The notes beneath the pieces are model-generated. The model saw nothing but the letters and a program-made list of their open reading frames with translations, searched no databases and had not been told where the DNA came from. Positions 37,111-46,850 of a stretch of 64,000 bases of DNA are shown piece by piece. Every line of letters begins with the position of its first letter. Position 1 is the stretch's first letter. Origin of the DNA: a virus; the IMG/VR virus record IMGVR_UViG_3300006028_000011, positions 1 through 64,000 of that record; one strand, given 5' to 3'. The translations under genes and the position numbers were made by a program.

Positions 37111-38003
37111 CGGCCGCGCGCACTCCCGACGGACGTCCGCTGACCGTCGCCGCGATCATCCCCCACCCCGACGGGCGCCCGGAGGTGCTCATGTCCGGTC
37201 GCGTGGGAGCGGCCGGCAGCGCCTGGTTCTGGATCGGCGGCCACGTCGACGAGGGCGAGGAGCCGGCCGAGGCTGCGCTGCGCGAGATCGGCGAGGAGCT
37301 GGAGGCGGACGACCCCCACGTCGTGCGCCTGCTCGGCGTCCTCGACCTCCACGCCGACGTGTCCGGCATCTGGGGCGAGGGCTTCGAGCGCGGCTTCCAG
37401 GTCTGCTACGTCCAGGTATCGCTCGGGTCGGCCAGGGTCCGCGTGAGGGACCACGACGAGCTGACCCTGGTCGGCTGGAAGCCGATCGCGGACGTCGCCG
37501 AGGCGGTGGCCTCCCTGCCGGCCGAGGTCGGGGCGGCCGCCGTGCGCTTCGCTCGCGAGGCGCTGGACCTGCGGCCGGTCGCCTGCACCTTCACCGTCCG
37601 CGGCGGCCAGCTGCTCATGGTCCGCCGTCGCGAGCCGGAGGGGACGCTCGACTGGCACACCCCGGCCGGCAAGGTCGAGCCCGGCGAGACGCCCGAGCAG
37701 GCCGCGGCCAGGGAGGCCGAGGAGGAGGCCGGCGTGGTCGTGGAGGTCACGGGCTACCTCGGCAGCCGGGTTCATCCCGCGACCGGCCAGCCGCTTCTGT
37801 ACTTCGCCTGCCGCTGGATCAGCGGCGAGGCCCAGCTCCGCGAGCCCCAGAAGGCGCGCGCTGTCGAGTGGACTCCGATCCCCGAGGCGCTCGCGCGCTG
37901 GGACGGGCTCAAGGGCGGCGTGTTCCCGGCGGTGCGGGAGTATCTCGAAGGCGCGTGGACCGCGCACGTCGCCAAGACAGGCGCCCGGCCGGCGGGCGAG
38001 TAG
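37107..38003 (+). CDS. Tandem Nudix hydrolase
   Basis: Two Nudix boxes: GGHVDEGEEPAEAALREIGEE and GKVEPGETPEQAAAREAEEEAGV. Confidence 0.85.
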   Translation: MTAARTPDGRPLTVAAIIPHPDGRPEVLMSGRVGAAGSAWFWIGGHVDEGEEPAEAALREIGEELEADDPHVVRLLGVLDLHADVSGIWGEGFERGFQVCYVQVSLGSARVRVRDHDELTLVGWKPIADVAEAVASLPAEVGAAAVRFAREALDLRPVACTFTVRGGQLLMVRRREPEGTLDWHTPAGKVEPGETPEQAAAREAEEEAGVVVEVTGYLGSRVHPATGQPLLYFACRWISGEAQLREPQKARAVEWTPIPEALARWDGLKGGVFPAVREYLEGAWTAHVAKTGARPAGE

Positions 38004-38024
38004 CGGGGGCGTAAGCTGGCGACC

Positions 38025-38216
38025 ATGGCGACCGATCCGGCCTGGGACGCGATCGACCAGGAGATCCTCGACATGTACGCAGCGAACCCTGGCCTCAAGG
38101 ATGAGCTGGACGAGCTGGAGCGGCAGATCGAGGCCGGCGACGCTGACGGCATCCCCGACGCCGAGGTCCGCCGCCAACTGCTGGAGCTGGGCGTCCCCCT
38201 CGACGAGGACGCGTAG
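38025..38216 (+). CDS. Small acidic antitoxin-like protein
   Basis: 63 aa, acidic; precedes a RelE/ParE-like ORF. Confidence 0.5.
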   Translation: MATDPAWDAIDQEILDMYAANPGLKDELDELERQIEAGDADGIPDAEVRRQLLELGVPLDEDA

Positions 38217-38237
38217 CTGGCACCCGACCGGCTGCGG

Positions 38238-38492
38238 GTGTACTGGACTCCCCGGGCGCTGGTGCAGCTCCGCGCCCTGGCGAAGCGGGCTCCCGTCCAG
38301 GCCGCCGCCGTGCATCGAGCCGTGAACTGGCTGGCCGAACGCGGGCTCCCGGAGCTGGGTCGCCGCGACCCCGGCGGAAAGAGCCGGCGCGTCTGGCTGG
38401 TGCCGCCCCAGGAGGTGCTGTACCTGGCCCGCGACGGGGGGCTGTGGGTACTGGCCATCCGCGACAGCCGGCGGCGGCTGGAGCCCTGGTAG
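38238..38492 (+). CDS. RelE/ParE-like toxin
   Basis: VYWTPRALVQL...GR...VLY...VLAIRDSRR; start uncertain (possibly 38217). Confidence 0.6.
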   Translation: MYWTPRALVQLRALAKRAPVQAAAVHRAVNWLAERGLPELGRRDPGGKSRRVWLVPPQEVLYLARDGGLWVLAIRDSRRRLEPW

Positions 38493-38496
38493 CGCG

Positions 38497-38814
38497 ATGC
38501 CCCTGACTCCGGACGACCCCGTCGACCCGGCCGATCCGCGCGAGATCGAGTACTGGCTGTCCGATCCGACGCTGCGGGCGAACCTGGAGTCGCTCCTGAG
38601 CAGCGAGGAACGCAACCTCCCGATACCCGAGAAGGCCCGGCTGATCGCGGACCGGATCGACGACGAGGCCGCGGCGCTGTTGGAGGACTCGGAGCTGCGA
38701 GCCGACCTGGAGGACTTCGTGCGCCGCGCCGAGCGGGGCGAGCTGGAGCCCGGGGTGTCCCACAACGAAGCCCGTCGGATCGTGGGCCTGCCGCCGCTGC
38801 CCGAGTACGACTGA
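38497..38814 (+). CDS. Acidic antitoxin-like protein
   Basis: C-terminus (AERGELEPGVSHNEARR) resembles that of 38025-38216. Confidence 0.5.
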   Translation: MPLTPDDPVDPADPREIEYWLSDPTLRANLESLLSSEERNLPIPEKARLIADRIDDEAAALLEDSELRADLEDFVRRAERGELEPGVSHNEARRIVGLPPLPEYD

Positions 38815-39014
38815 AGCGCCCGCTGCCGTAGCTCAGCCACGGGCCCGCTCCTCGCGCAGCCGTCGGGCGATGCGCTCGCGCACCAGCACGACGACCTGGC
38901 GAAAGACCTCGTACGTCGAGCCCAGGGTGGCGACCCGGGCGCTGAGGCCGGCGTTCTCCGCCTCCAGCTCGGCGATCCGCCGGCTGGCCGCGGTCAGCTC
39001 GTCGGGGTCGGCCG

Positions 39015-39386
39015 TCACGCCGCCCTCCTGCCGACTCGCCGGGCCGCCAGGACCTCGTCGCCGCGGCTGCGGGCGAACGCCTCCGCGTCAGGCTGGGCGC
39101 GGGCGCAGTAGATGGCCCGGCCCGGGTCGCAACGCCGGCACTCCGTCATGTGGCGGCGGAGCTTCGCCAGCAGCCGCTCGGAGTCCCGGTCGGCCACCTC
39201 CTGGATGCGCCGGACGCGGGTAGCGAACACCTCCTCCCTGCGCGCCGCGGCGAACGCCTCGGCGTCCGGGCGCGCCACCGGGCAGTAGATCCCGCGGGCG
39301 GGGTTGCAGCGCCGGCACGAGCCGCCGCGGCCGCCGCTGATGTGGGCGCGCAGGCGGGCGAGGAGGACGGCGGAGGAGTCAGCCAC
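39015..39386 (-). CDS. Protein with a duplicated Cys/His motif
   Basis: CRRCNPARGIYCPVARPDAEAFA and CRRCDPGRAIYCARAQPDAEAFA. Confidence 0.6.
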   Translation of the reverse strand: MADSSAVLLARLRAHISGGRGGSCRRCNPARGIYCPVARPDAEAFAAARREEVFATRVRRIQEVADRDSERLLAKLRRHMTECRRCDPGRAIYCARAQPDAEAFARSRGDEVLAARRVGRRAA

Positions 39387-39909
39387 CGGCCACCTCCGCG
39401 ACGTACTTCGCCCGCCTGGCGGCCCAGCCGAAGCACAGGTCGGCCGGCTCGCCGGTCGCCTTGAACGGCCGGCCGCCGGCCTGGGGCGGGGCGTATTCCA
39501 GCGGGCTCGCCTCCACGACCATCCGGGATGGGTGCCGGTAGCGCACCGGCCGCCGCATCCCCTGGTGACAGAAGAACGGCTGACCGCGGATCACGAGGTC
39601 GTCGAGCAGCTCCTGGTCGCCGTCCGCGTCCGGATCTCCGCGACGCTCAGGCGAGCCGGGGCGGAAGGCGCAGTCGGCGCACATGGAAGACCGGCAGCCG
39701 AACAGCGGCCCCTCGCTCCTGGGCTCGGCCTGCTCGACGTCGTACTCCGGCTCCCAGCAGGTGCAGCCGGACGGACCGCGGGCGGCGCTGCCCATGCAGC
39801 ACATCCCGGTCATCGGCGTCTCCGGCCAGTCGCGATGGACGTCGAAGTGGACGAAGCTCTCGACGGCCGGCCGCCGCCCGGCGTTCCGCTGGGCGCGATC
39901 AGAGGTCAT
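39379..39909 (-). CDS. Cys-rich hypothetical protein
   Basis: CADCAFRPGS...FFCH...CFGW. Confidence 0.55.
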   Translation of the reverse strand: MTSDRAQRNAGRRPAVESFVHFDVHRDWPETPMTGMCCMGSAARGPSGCTCWEPEYDVEQAEPRSEGPLFGCRSSMCADCAFRPGSPERRGDPDADGDQELLDDLVIRGQPFFCHQGMRRPVRYRHPSRMVVEASPLEYAPPQAGGRPFKATGEPADLCFGWAARRAKYVAEVAGG

Positions 39910-40417
39910 GCCGCCCCGCCCGCCACTGGCTCGCCGGCATGAACTGGAGCCCGGCCGCCTCCGCGCACCCCTCGTCCTCGGGCCGGTCGCCGACCATCAG
40001 GCCCAGGGCGGGCGGGTAGGTCTCGCCCGGGTGCCGCTGGGCCATCGCCAGGGCGGCCTCGATCACGAGCCCCGGGCGCGGCTTCCGGCACCAGCAGGCG
40101 CGGTCCGCCGGGTCGATGGCATCTGGGTGGTGGGGGCAGGCCGCGATCGAATCGAACAGGCCGCCGCACTGGCGCTGCGTCTCGGCCATGGCCGCCTGGA
40201 CGCGCTCCCAGGTCACGCGGCCCTTGGCGACCCCCCCCTGGTTGCTGACGCCGACGATGCGCCAGCCGGCCGCCCGGTAGCGGTAGAGCAGGTTCGGGAC
40301 CTCGGGGTAGACGTGGACGTCCTCCGGGCCGCCGACGTAGTGGCCCAGCTCGTCGACGCTCCAGCGAACGGTGCCGTCGATGTCCAGGTAGAGGACGGGG
40401 ACGCGGGGCCCGATCAC
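39899..40417 (-). CDS. HAD-IIIA phosphatase (GmhB/HisB-like)
   Basis: LDIDGT, SNQGG, CPHHP, CWCRKPRPG, MVGDRPED. Confidence 0.85.
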   Translation of the reverse strand: MIGPRVPVLYLDIDGTVRWSVDELGHYVGGPEDVHVYPEVPNLLYRYRAAGWRIVGVSNQGGVAKGRVTWERVQAAMAETQRQCGGLFDSIAACPHHPDAIDPADRACWCRKPRPGLVIEAALAMAQRHPGETYPPALGLMVGDRPEDEGCAEAAGLQFMPASQWRAGRHDL

Positions 40418-40845
40418 CCGACCGCCTGCACCCGCTCGTCGCCCGCCAGTTGGGGGACCATGAGTCGGACTCCGTGGATGCGCGCGCACTCGTCAGCCAG
40501 GCCCTGGGCCAGCGCGAGGTTCTTGCGGGCCGGCGAGACGTAGTGGTCGATCGCAGTCCGGAACATCTCCACGTCCCAGAAGTCGATCTGCACCGCCCTG
40601 CCCTTGAAGCTCCCGATCAACGGGACGCCCTCGTCGTCGCGCATCTTGCGCACCTCCTTGCGCACCCACTCGACCAGCTGGGCGCGACCGAGAAGCGCGG
40701 TCAGGTCGGGGAACTCGCTCTCCGCAATCCCGGCCAGCACGGCGTAGTCCACGCCGTCAGGCCCAGCCACGGCGACGGCGCCCTTCAGGCGCTCGAGCAG
40801 CGGATCGAGTGCGTCGGCGGCGACGTGGCGCTTCGTGCTTCTCAC
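40414..40845 (-). CDS. Hypothetical protein
   Basis: GTGA-coupled on both sides. Confidence 0.55.
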   Translation of the reverse strand: MRSTKRHVAADALDPLLERLKGAVAVAGPDGVDYAVLAGIAESEFPDLTALLGRAQLVEWVRKEVRKMRDDEGVPLIGSFKGRAVQIDFWDVEMFRTAIDHYVSPARKNLALAQGLADECARIHGVRLMVPQLAGDERVQAVG

Positions 40846-41102
40846 TGGGCCTTCCTCCGGAGCTGGATGACGTTCTCTGTCGTCCTGCCTGGTGCCGGTG
40901 ACCGAGAAACCTGGGTCGGTTTCTCGGTCGGACCTGACCGAGAAACCTGGGTCGTTTTCTCGGTCAGGTACCACTGCACCGTTGACAGCGAGAGGCCCAA
41001 TGTCCGGGCGATCCCCCGCTGCCTCATGCCGGCCGCGTGCAGGTCGCGGATGGCCTTGCGCCGTCGCTGGCGGGTTTCGGCATCGTCACGAGGCATGGGC
41101 AC
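40842..41102 (-). CDS. Small HTH protein
   Basis: GMRQRGIARTLGLSLSTVQWYL. Confidence 0.65.
   Translation of the reverse strand: MPMPRDDAETRQRRRKAIRDLHAAGMRQRGIARTLGLSLSTVQWYLTEKTTQVSRSGPTEKPTQVSRSPAPGRTTENVIQLRRKAQ
40900..40969. repeat. Tandem pair of palindromes (36-bp period)
   Basis: GACCGAGAAACC-tgggtc-GGTTTCTCGGTC and ACCTGACCGAGAAA-cctgggtcgt-TTTCTCGGTCAGGT. Confidence 0.85.
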
Positions 41103-41944
41103 GCTCCGGCGGGTAGTCGCCGGCCTCGGTCCTGCGTCGCTCGATGGCCGCCGCCATGACGATGGCGAGCCGGTCCGGCACGACGACAGGCCACGCGAGG
41201 GCCAGGTTGGCGCTCACGCTGGAGCGACCTCCTCGGCCGTGTCCGCGACCAGCCGGTAGCCGGTAGTGGTCGGGCGGAAGCGGTCGATGCGGATGCGGGT
41301 CAGCCGGCCGCCCTTCTTCGCGCCGACCCGGCGGCAGAGTGCGACCGGGACGACCTCCTCGACGTAGCCCATCTCGCCGGAGCTCCAGTACCTGTGGCGG
41401 TGCGTGCCGAGCCGGACGACCTCGATGCGGCGCCCCTCCGAGCGCGGGTCGTTGTCGGCCCACACCTGACCGGGCCGCACGACGGGCAGGTCAGCCACGG
41501 CTCGCCTGCTCCAGGGCCGCGACGCAGCGCGCCTCCACCAGGTCGCGCTCCTCCTCCGTGCGGCTGGCCCACCAGTGGGCCAGCGTGGACTCGGTGTCGA
41601 CGAGGACGGCGATCAGGGCGCGGGCTGCGGGAGTCACCCGACGGCCGTCAGCAGGCGGAGCTGGCCGGCGCGCTCCCGCTCCTCGTAGTCCGGCTCCCAG
41701 GCCGCGATGATCTCGGCGACGGTGCGCTCGTCGTCACCCTCGCTGAACGGCACGCTGTTGGCCCAGCCCGGGTCCGCCGGCATCTGTCGGTTGAGGGAGG
41801 CGTAGGCGCCCATGGTGCACGCCTCGGACTCGTTCTTGGCGATCCGCTCGGCCTCGCGGGCGCTGCCGGCCATGACGTAGACGACGTCACTGATCTCCAC
41901 GCGGTACAGCCGCGACGGTGTCAGGGTCGGTTCGATCTCGGGTG

Positions 41945-42466
41945 TCACGTCTCCTCCACAGCAGCCAGGAAGGCCTTGCTCTCCACCTCGATGGGCCGCC
42001 GAGGGTCCACCAGGTGCACCGCCAGCACCACCCGCTCATCGGCGGCGGTCGCGACGATGCGCTGCATGTCGGCGGGCGCGGTGATCAGCCCCAGCCAGTC
42101 AGGCGAGTCGTCCCAGGCCAGGGCTCCCGGCCGCGTCCAGCCGGGGACGCCGTTGCGGCCCGGGAACGTCGTGCGCCCGCAGGCACCGTCGATGAGCGGC
42201 TTGAGCGCGGCCACGCAGCCGTCGCCGTCGTAGAGCGGCCGCCGCTTGTAGACCGCGACCTCGAGGTAGCGGCGCGCCGGCGGCTCGCAGGGCACGGGTG
42301 CCGGCCAGCCGGCGGCGTGCCGGGCGGACATCGCCATCCGCCAGGCCAGGTCCCGCCACACCGCCTTCTCCGCGTCGCGCCGCGCCGAGTGGCCGCGCGA
42401 CTGGCTCCAGTTCGGCGGCACGGCCGGAACCACGACGCGGGCCGACGTGGCCAGAGCCACGCTCAC
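41945..42466 (-). CDS. RusA-like Holliday junction resolvase
   Basis: YDGDG...LKPLIDG...WDDS acidic motif spacing. Confidence 0.5.
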   Translation of the reverse strand: MSVALATSARVVVPAVPPNWSQSRGHSARRDAEKAVWRDLAWRMAMSARHAAGWPAPVPCEPPARRYLEVAVYKRRPLYDGDGCVAALKPLIDGACGRTTFPGRNGVPGWTRPGALAWDDSPDWLGLITAPADMQRIVATAADERVVLAVHLVDPRRPIEVESKAFLAAVEET

Positions 42467-42910
42467 AGCGCCCCTCGCGTCGCGACCAGCGCCAGGACGC
42501 CAGCGGCGCCGGCGAGGAGCAGGGTGATGCCGGTGACGATCACGACGGCGATCAGCCGGCAGTCGCGGTCCGTCAGCCGGTCGGTGTCCGGCGTCCGCCG
42601 GGCCCGGTCGACCCATGCCCGCATCGCGGCGCAGCGAGTGTCGTCCGTGGTCGCCGGCCAGCCGCGCAGGGTCACCGGCGCCCTCCGCCGATGCCGCCGC
42701 CCCGGGCGAGCCAGAGCAGGGGCGCCCCGAACAGCACGCACAGGATCAGGCCGCCGAGCAGGTACTGCATCAGCCAGCCCTCCGGCGCCGCAGCGCCTCC
42801 AGGGCGGCCGACGTCTCCGGGCTCAGCTCGCCGACGACCAGGCGCACGACGGCGTACGGCCGGCGGTGGCGGTCCCGGGCGATGCCGAGGCGGTAGCCCG
42901 GGTCAGAGGG

Positions 42911-42989
42911 GACCGCGCCGCTCGGGGCGGGCGAGGAGGGGTTGCCCCCTCCTCGCACCTCCACCGAGCATGGCTGCGGGGGCGAGGTC
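42911..42989 (-). ncRNA. Structured RNA motif, copy 1
   Basis: Near-identical to 59092-59171; long hairpin capped by a GCAA tetraloop on the minus strand. Confidence 0.55.
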
Positions 42990-43181
42990 TGGGTTGGAGC
43001 GGTCATCGCACCGGCGCCCCGAGGCGCTCCAGCGCGAGGGCCTCCATCTCGTCCACGACGGCGACCGGGTCGACGCAGGTGGTGGTCACACGCTCGACGC
43101 GACCGCCGACCACCTCGATCCACCAGCCGGTCCAGCCGGTCGGACTGTCCGCGTCGCGCTCGACGACGAGGCGGCGCTCGA

Positions 43182-43550
43182 TCACGCCGGCACCTCGACG
43201 AGCCCTAGCTGGAGCGCGCGCAGCAGGGCGCCGGCCGCGCCCGAGCCGTGCAGCTTCCTCGCCGCCTCGCCGACGTGGTTCCGCAACGTCTTCGCGTCGC
43301 AGCCGATGTGAGCGCGCACCGCCACCTCGCCGCCGCCCAGCGCGTAGAGGCGCATCACCTCCAGCTCCCTGGGTGTCAGCTGCTCGGCCTCCAGCTCCGG
43401 GGGCGCCAGGCGCAGCGGAGCGACGCGGCACGACAGGTCGCTGACCACCATCGCGGTCCGCGCGCCGCCGGCGACCGGCCAGAGCGCGGCGGCCACTTCG
43501 CCCGGCGGCAGGGGCGCGCCCTCGACGGCGACGAGGAGGACCTGCGTCAC
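43182..43550 (-). CDS. LuxR-type HTH regulator
   Basis: LTPRELEVMRL...TLRNHV...KL...ALQLGL. Confidence 0.75.
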   Translation of the reverse strand: MTQVLLVAVEGAPLPPGEVAAALWPVAGGARTAMVVSDLSCRVAPLRLAPPELEAEQLTPRELEVMRLYALGGGEVAVRAHIGCDAKTLRNHVGEAARKLHGSGAAGALLRALQLGLVEVPA

Positions 43551-43728
43551 GGGCGAGCCGGCACCGTGCAGATGACCGCCGGGTCGGGCTGCCGATGCGC
43601 TGCGGTGGAGGCCAAGTACAGCATGCCGACCGCGGTGGCCGTGGCGACGAGGGCGACCAGTGCGACGGCGAGGGCCGCGACGATGGGCCAGGTGCGGGCC
43701 CGCGGCCGGCGGGGCGGCATGGCGACGA

Positions 43729-44004
43729 TCACGCCGCCCCCTCCGCGGCCTCGCCCATCAGGCGAATCGCGATCTCGGACGGGGGGTGCGCCTCGAGCGT
43801 CCGGCAGATCCTGGAGAAGATCTCCACGGAGGCCGTGCCCGAGCCGTAGACCTTCCAGAGGGTGTTCGGGTTGATCCCCGCCTTCTCGGCGAAGTCCTCC
43901 TTGGACCAGCCCCGTAGAATCCGCTCCCGCTCGAGACGATCACGGCTCACTGGCACGCGAGGCGACCGACCTTCGGTAGCTTCACGGCGAGTCGGTAGCT
44001 TCAC
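43729..44004 (-). CDS. XRE/Cro-like HTH regulator (true start may be near 43950)
   Basis: RILRGWSKEDFAEKAGINPNTLWKV. Confidence 0.75.
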   Translation of the reverse strand: MKLPTRREATEGRSPRVPVSRDRLERERILRGWSKEDFAEKAGINPNTLWKVYGSGTASVEIFSRICRTLEAHPPSEIAIRLMGEAAEGAA

Positions 44005-44010
44005 GGCGAG
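43973..44010. repeat. Perfect 19-bp tandem repeat, operator-like
   Basis: TCGGTAGCTTCACGGCGAG x2, in the divergent region between two HTH genes. Confidence 0.8.
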
Positions 44011-44096
44011 ATAGTAGCATGACTACCGCGTAGCGTGCGTGCTGCTACCGAGATGCCGTTAGAAAGTCACGCGCTTGCCGTTACGCTGGCGCCACC

Positions 44097-44564
44097 GTGG
44101 ATCGACCAGACACCGGCGCTGCACACGAGCGCACCAGGCGGCTGTTCGCGACAGCGATCGAGCGGCGCGGCGGCCCGAAGGCCCTCGCGCACGAGCTGGC
44201 CATGCTGGGGGTGGACGCCGCCGAGCGCACCGTGGCCAGCTGGAGGGAGGGCAGGTACTTTCCGCGAGCGGACATCGCGATCTTGGTGTGGTCGCTCGCC
44301 GGCGTGCTCCCGGCGGACGAGCACATCAACGGGGCCGCGGCTTCGTCGCTGCTGGCCGACCAAGTCGCCGACCTCGCCCAGCGCATCGAGCGCCTGGAGG
44401 GCCGGCAGCGGGCCTGGGAGTGGGAGCGCCGGTCGGCCGCCGGCGAGGAGCTGCCGCCGCCGCCCGTTCCGGAGGGCGCCGTCGACCTGTCGGTGGCGCG
44501 GCTGGAGCGCACGGTCCGCGACCTCCAGGACCAGATCGACCGGCTACGCAGACAGCAGGCCTGA
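44097..44564 (+). CDS. HTH repressor-like protein with coiled coil
   Basis: KALAHEL...ERTVASWREGRYFP; divergent from the Cro-like gene. Confidence 0.6.
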   Translation: MDRPDTGAAHERTRRLFATAIERRGGPKALAHELAMLGVDAAERTVASWREGRYFPRADIAILVWSLAGVLPADEHINGAAASSLLADQVADLAQRIERLEGRQRAWEWERRSAAGEELPPPPVPEGAVDLSVARLERTVRDLQDQIDRLRRQQA

Positions 44565-45163
44565 CAGCAGGTCCAGGCCGGCGGCCGTGCCGGCCAGCTG
44601 GAGCGCGATCACGCCGAAGTGCATGGGCGGGGTCGGGCCGGTTGGGTCCTCCCAGGCCTCGATCACACCGATCGTGATGTCGGTGCGCCCGGTGCGGTCG
44701 GCGAGCTCGTCAGCCCACTCGTCGGGCGATTGTCCGGCGAGGGCGCGGAGCCCGCGCATCAACTCTGCAACCAGGGCGCGCGCCTCGCTCTCGGACGCGC
44801 AACTCCGCGACGACGGACGTTGACCCAGACCGACGGTACCCACAGCAGGCAGCACCTCACACCACGCGATGGACTTGGGGTGCCGGGGCGGGACGCCGGC
44901 CGGTCTCCAGCGTAACCGCCATCGAGGGCGCATAACCGAACGCGGGACAATTTGCTCAGGAGTTTGGGCCGGCCAAACAGAGAGGGCCGGGTTGTCCCCG
45001 GCCCTCTTCCCGCTGCGGCCCGACCCGTGGGAGTGGTTCGTCTCCGTGGGGTGGACCGCCTATTCACTTCCGGCAGGTCAGGCCAGCGACCCCTCCTCGC
45101 CCGACTCCGGGTCCAGGTAGGGCTCCAGCTCGGCCAGGGCGGCGGGGAGCCAGTCCGGTGCCG

Positions 45164-45802
45164 TCACGCCATCGCTCCCGTCAGCTCCGCCGGCGTCTCG
45201 CCGGCGAGCAGCGAGGCGGAGGGCCCGAGCATCTCCCGGGCGCGCTCCACCAGGCGTGCGTCGGCGTAGTCGGCCGGCACGCTCCAGATCTGGGTCGGGG
45301 GCGGCTCGTGCTCCGCCGTCACCCGCAGCACCGGCCGGAAGCCGGCCCGCGCGTTGGCGCGCTGGCTGGCGATCTTGTCGTCTCCGATGCCGCCCCAGAG
45401 CGTGTCCCAGCCCTCCCGGGCCAGGTGCCACGCGATGTGCTCCAGGATGGCCGTGAAGAGCCCGCGGCCGCGGTGGGCCTCCAGCGTCTCGGCGCCCCAC
45501 GCGAAGCAGTCGCCGGCGCCGAGCTGGAGCGTGCGGCGGAGCGGCGTCGCATAGGTCTCGCGCGTGGAGACCCAGCACCAGGCCACCACCTCCTCGTCCC
45601 GCCAGCTCCAGGCCACCCACGCGCCGCCGCCGGCGACGCGCTCCAGGATGGCCGCCTCGCTGGTGCCCATCGCCCTGGCCAGGTGGCCGGCCATCGCCTC
45701 TGCACGGCCGACCTCGGTGATCGCGTATCGGCCGTCCAGCTCGGGCCGGGTGGCGTGGCGCAGGTCTCGGGCCCAGAGCGCGCCGGTGAAGACGTCGCTC
45801 AC
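45164..45802 (-). CDS. GNAT acetyltransferase
   Basis: HRGRGLF acetyl-CoA motif; ASQRANARAGF. Confidence 0.75.
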   Translation of the reverse strand: MSDVFTGALWARDLRHATRPELDGRYAITEVGRAEAMAGHLARAMGTSEAAILERVAGGGAWVAWSWRDEEVVAWCWVSTRETYATPLRRTLQLGAGDCFAWGAETLEAHRGRGLFTAILEHIAWHLAREGWDTLWGGIGDDKIASQRANARAGFRPVLRVTAEHEPPPTQIWSVPADYADARLVERAREMLGPSASLLAGETPAELTGAMA

Positions 45803-46086
45803 GCCGCCGCCCTCGCGGTCTGGGTCGCGGGCGCCGCCGCCTTCCGGCTGGCGCGGCGCCAGTTCCGCCAGGCCTGCCAGATGAGCAGCACGACCACGAG
45901 CAGGCCGTACTGGGTGGTCGCGATGGCGATCACCAGCAGACCGACCTGCGCTGCCATGACGCAGAGCCAGCCGACGCGCCGCCCGCGGCCGAGCAGCCAG
46001 TACCCGCCGAGCACCGGCAGGGCGGTGACCAGGGACAGCCAGCTGGGCAGGACGACGTGGTGCCACACCCAGGCCGCCGTGGTCAC
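45799..46086 (-). CDS. Small multi-TM membrane protein (PnuC-like)
   Basis: Hydrophobic helices; WLLG...GWL...QYG...RNW. Confidence 0.5.
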   Translation of the reverse strand: MTTAAWVWHHVVLPSWLSLVTALPVLGGYWLLGRGRRVGWLCVMAAQVGLLVIAIATTQYGLLVVVLLIWQAWRNWRRASRKAAAPATQTARAAA

Positions 46087-46613
46087 GCCGCCCTCCGGGT
46101 CGGCCGCCGGCCGCCGTTGGCCCGGGCCGCCTGGGCGGCGACCACGCGCAGCGCGGCCTCCCGCTCGGTGAACTGGCGCAGCAGGGCGTCGAGGGTGTCG
46201 ACGGGGACGCGCACGTACGACCGCTCGGCGCGGCGGGCGCGGACGACGGCGCGTCCGATGGTGACGATCGGGTTCAAGATGCTTCCTCCCTTGGAATCAC
46301 GCGTACAGGTCGCGGAGGTGCAGGGTTGGTGGTGTGGGGCGCCATCAGCCGCCGGCCTCCGCGGTGTCCCAGCACCAGTACGCCGCCGACTGCATCCCGC
46401 AGCCGCGGTCGCACTCCAGCCCCGCGCAGGCGGAGCCGTCCATGTCGAGGTGGACGTCCGGCGAGCCGTCCTTCCGCGCCTGGAGCACGTACGTCCCGCC
46501 GCAGCCGGCCCGGTCGCAGGGGCGGCGGACGTCCGGCAGCGACCCGGGCATGGCGTCCAGGGCGGCCTGCAGGCGGCGCTCCGTCGCCCGGTGCTCGGCC
46601 GGCACGCCGACGG

Positions 46614-46850
46614 TCACGGTCGCATCCCCGGGTACCGCGCCAGGTCGGCGCCGACGGAGTCCGCATAGCTGTAGAACGACTCGGGGTCGATGCACCAGAG
46701 ACGGCCCTCGAAGAGCTCGGCCTCGATTACGCCCGTCCGGCACAGCTCTGCCACCTCGTCCTGGGTGATCCCCAGCGGGCCGGCCACCTGGCCAAGGGCG
46801 AACCAGCCTCGCTCTGCGGCCTCGGTTTCGATCATGTCGATCCTCCTCAC
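46614..46850 (-). CDS. HTH DNA-binding protein
   Basis: LGQVAGPLGITQDEVAELCRTG. Confidence 0.55.
   Translation of the reverse strand: MRRIDMIETEAAERGWFALGQVAGPLGITQDEVAELCRTGVIEAELFEGRLWCIDPESFYSYADSVGADLARYPGMRP

Noticed and set aside
40900-40969. Mini CRISPR array
   Set aside because: Only two abutting units, no spacer, and unrelated to the array repeat.
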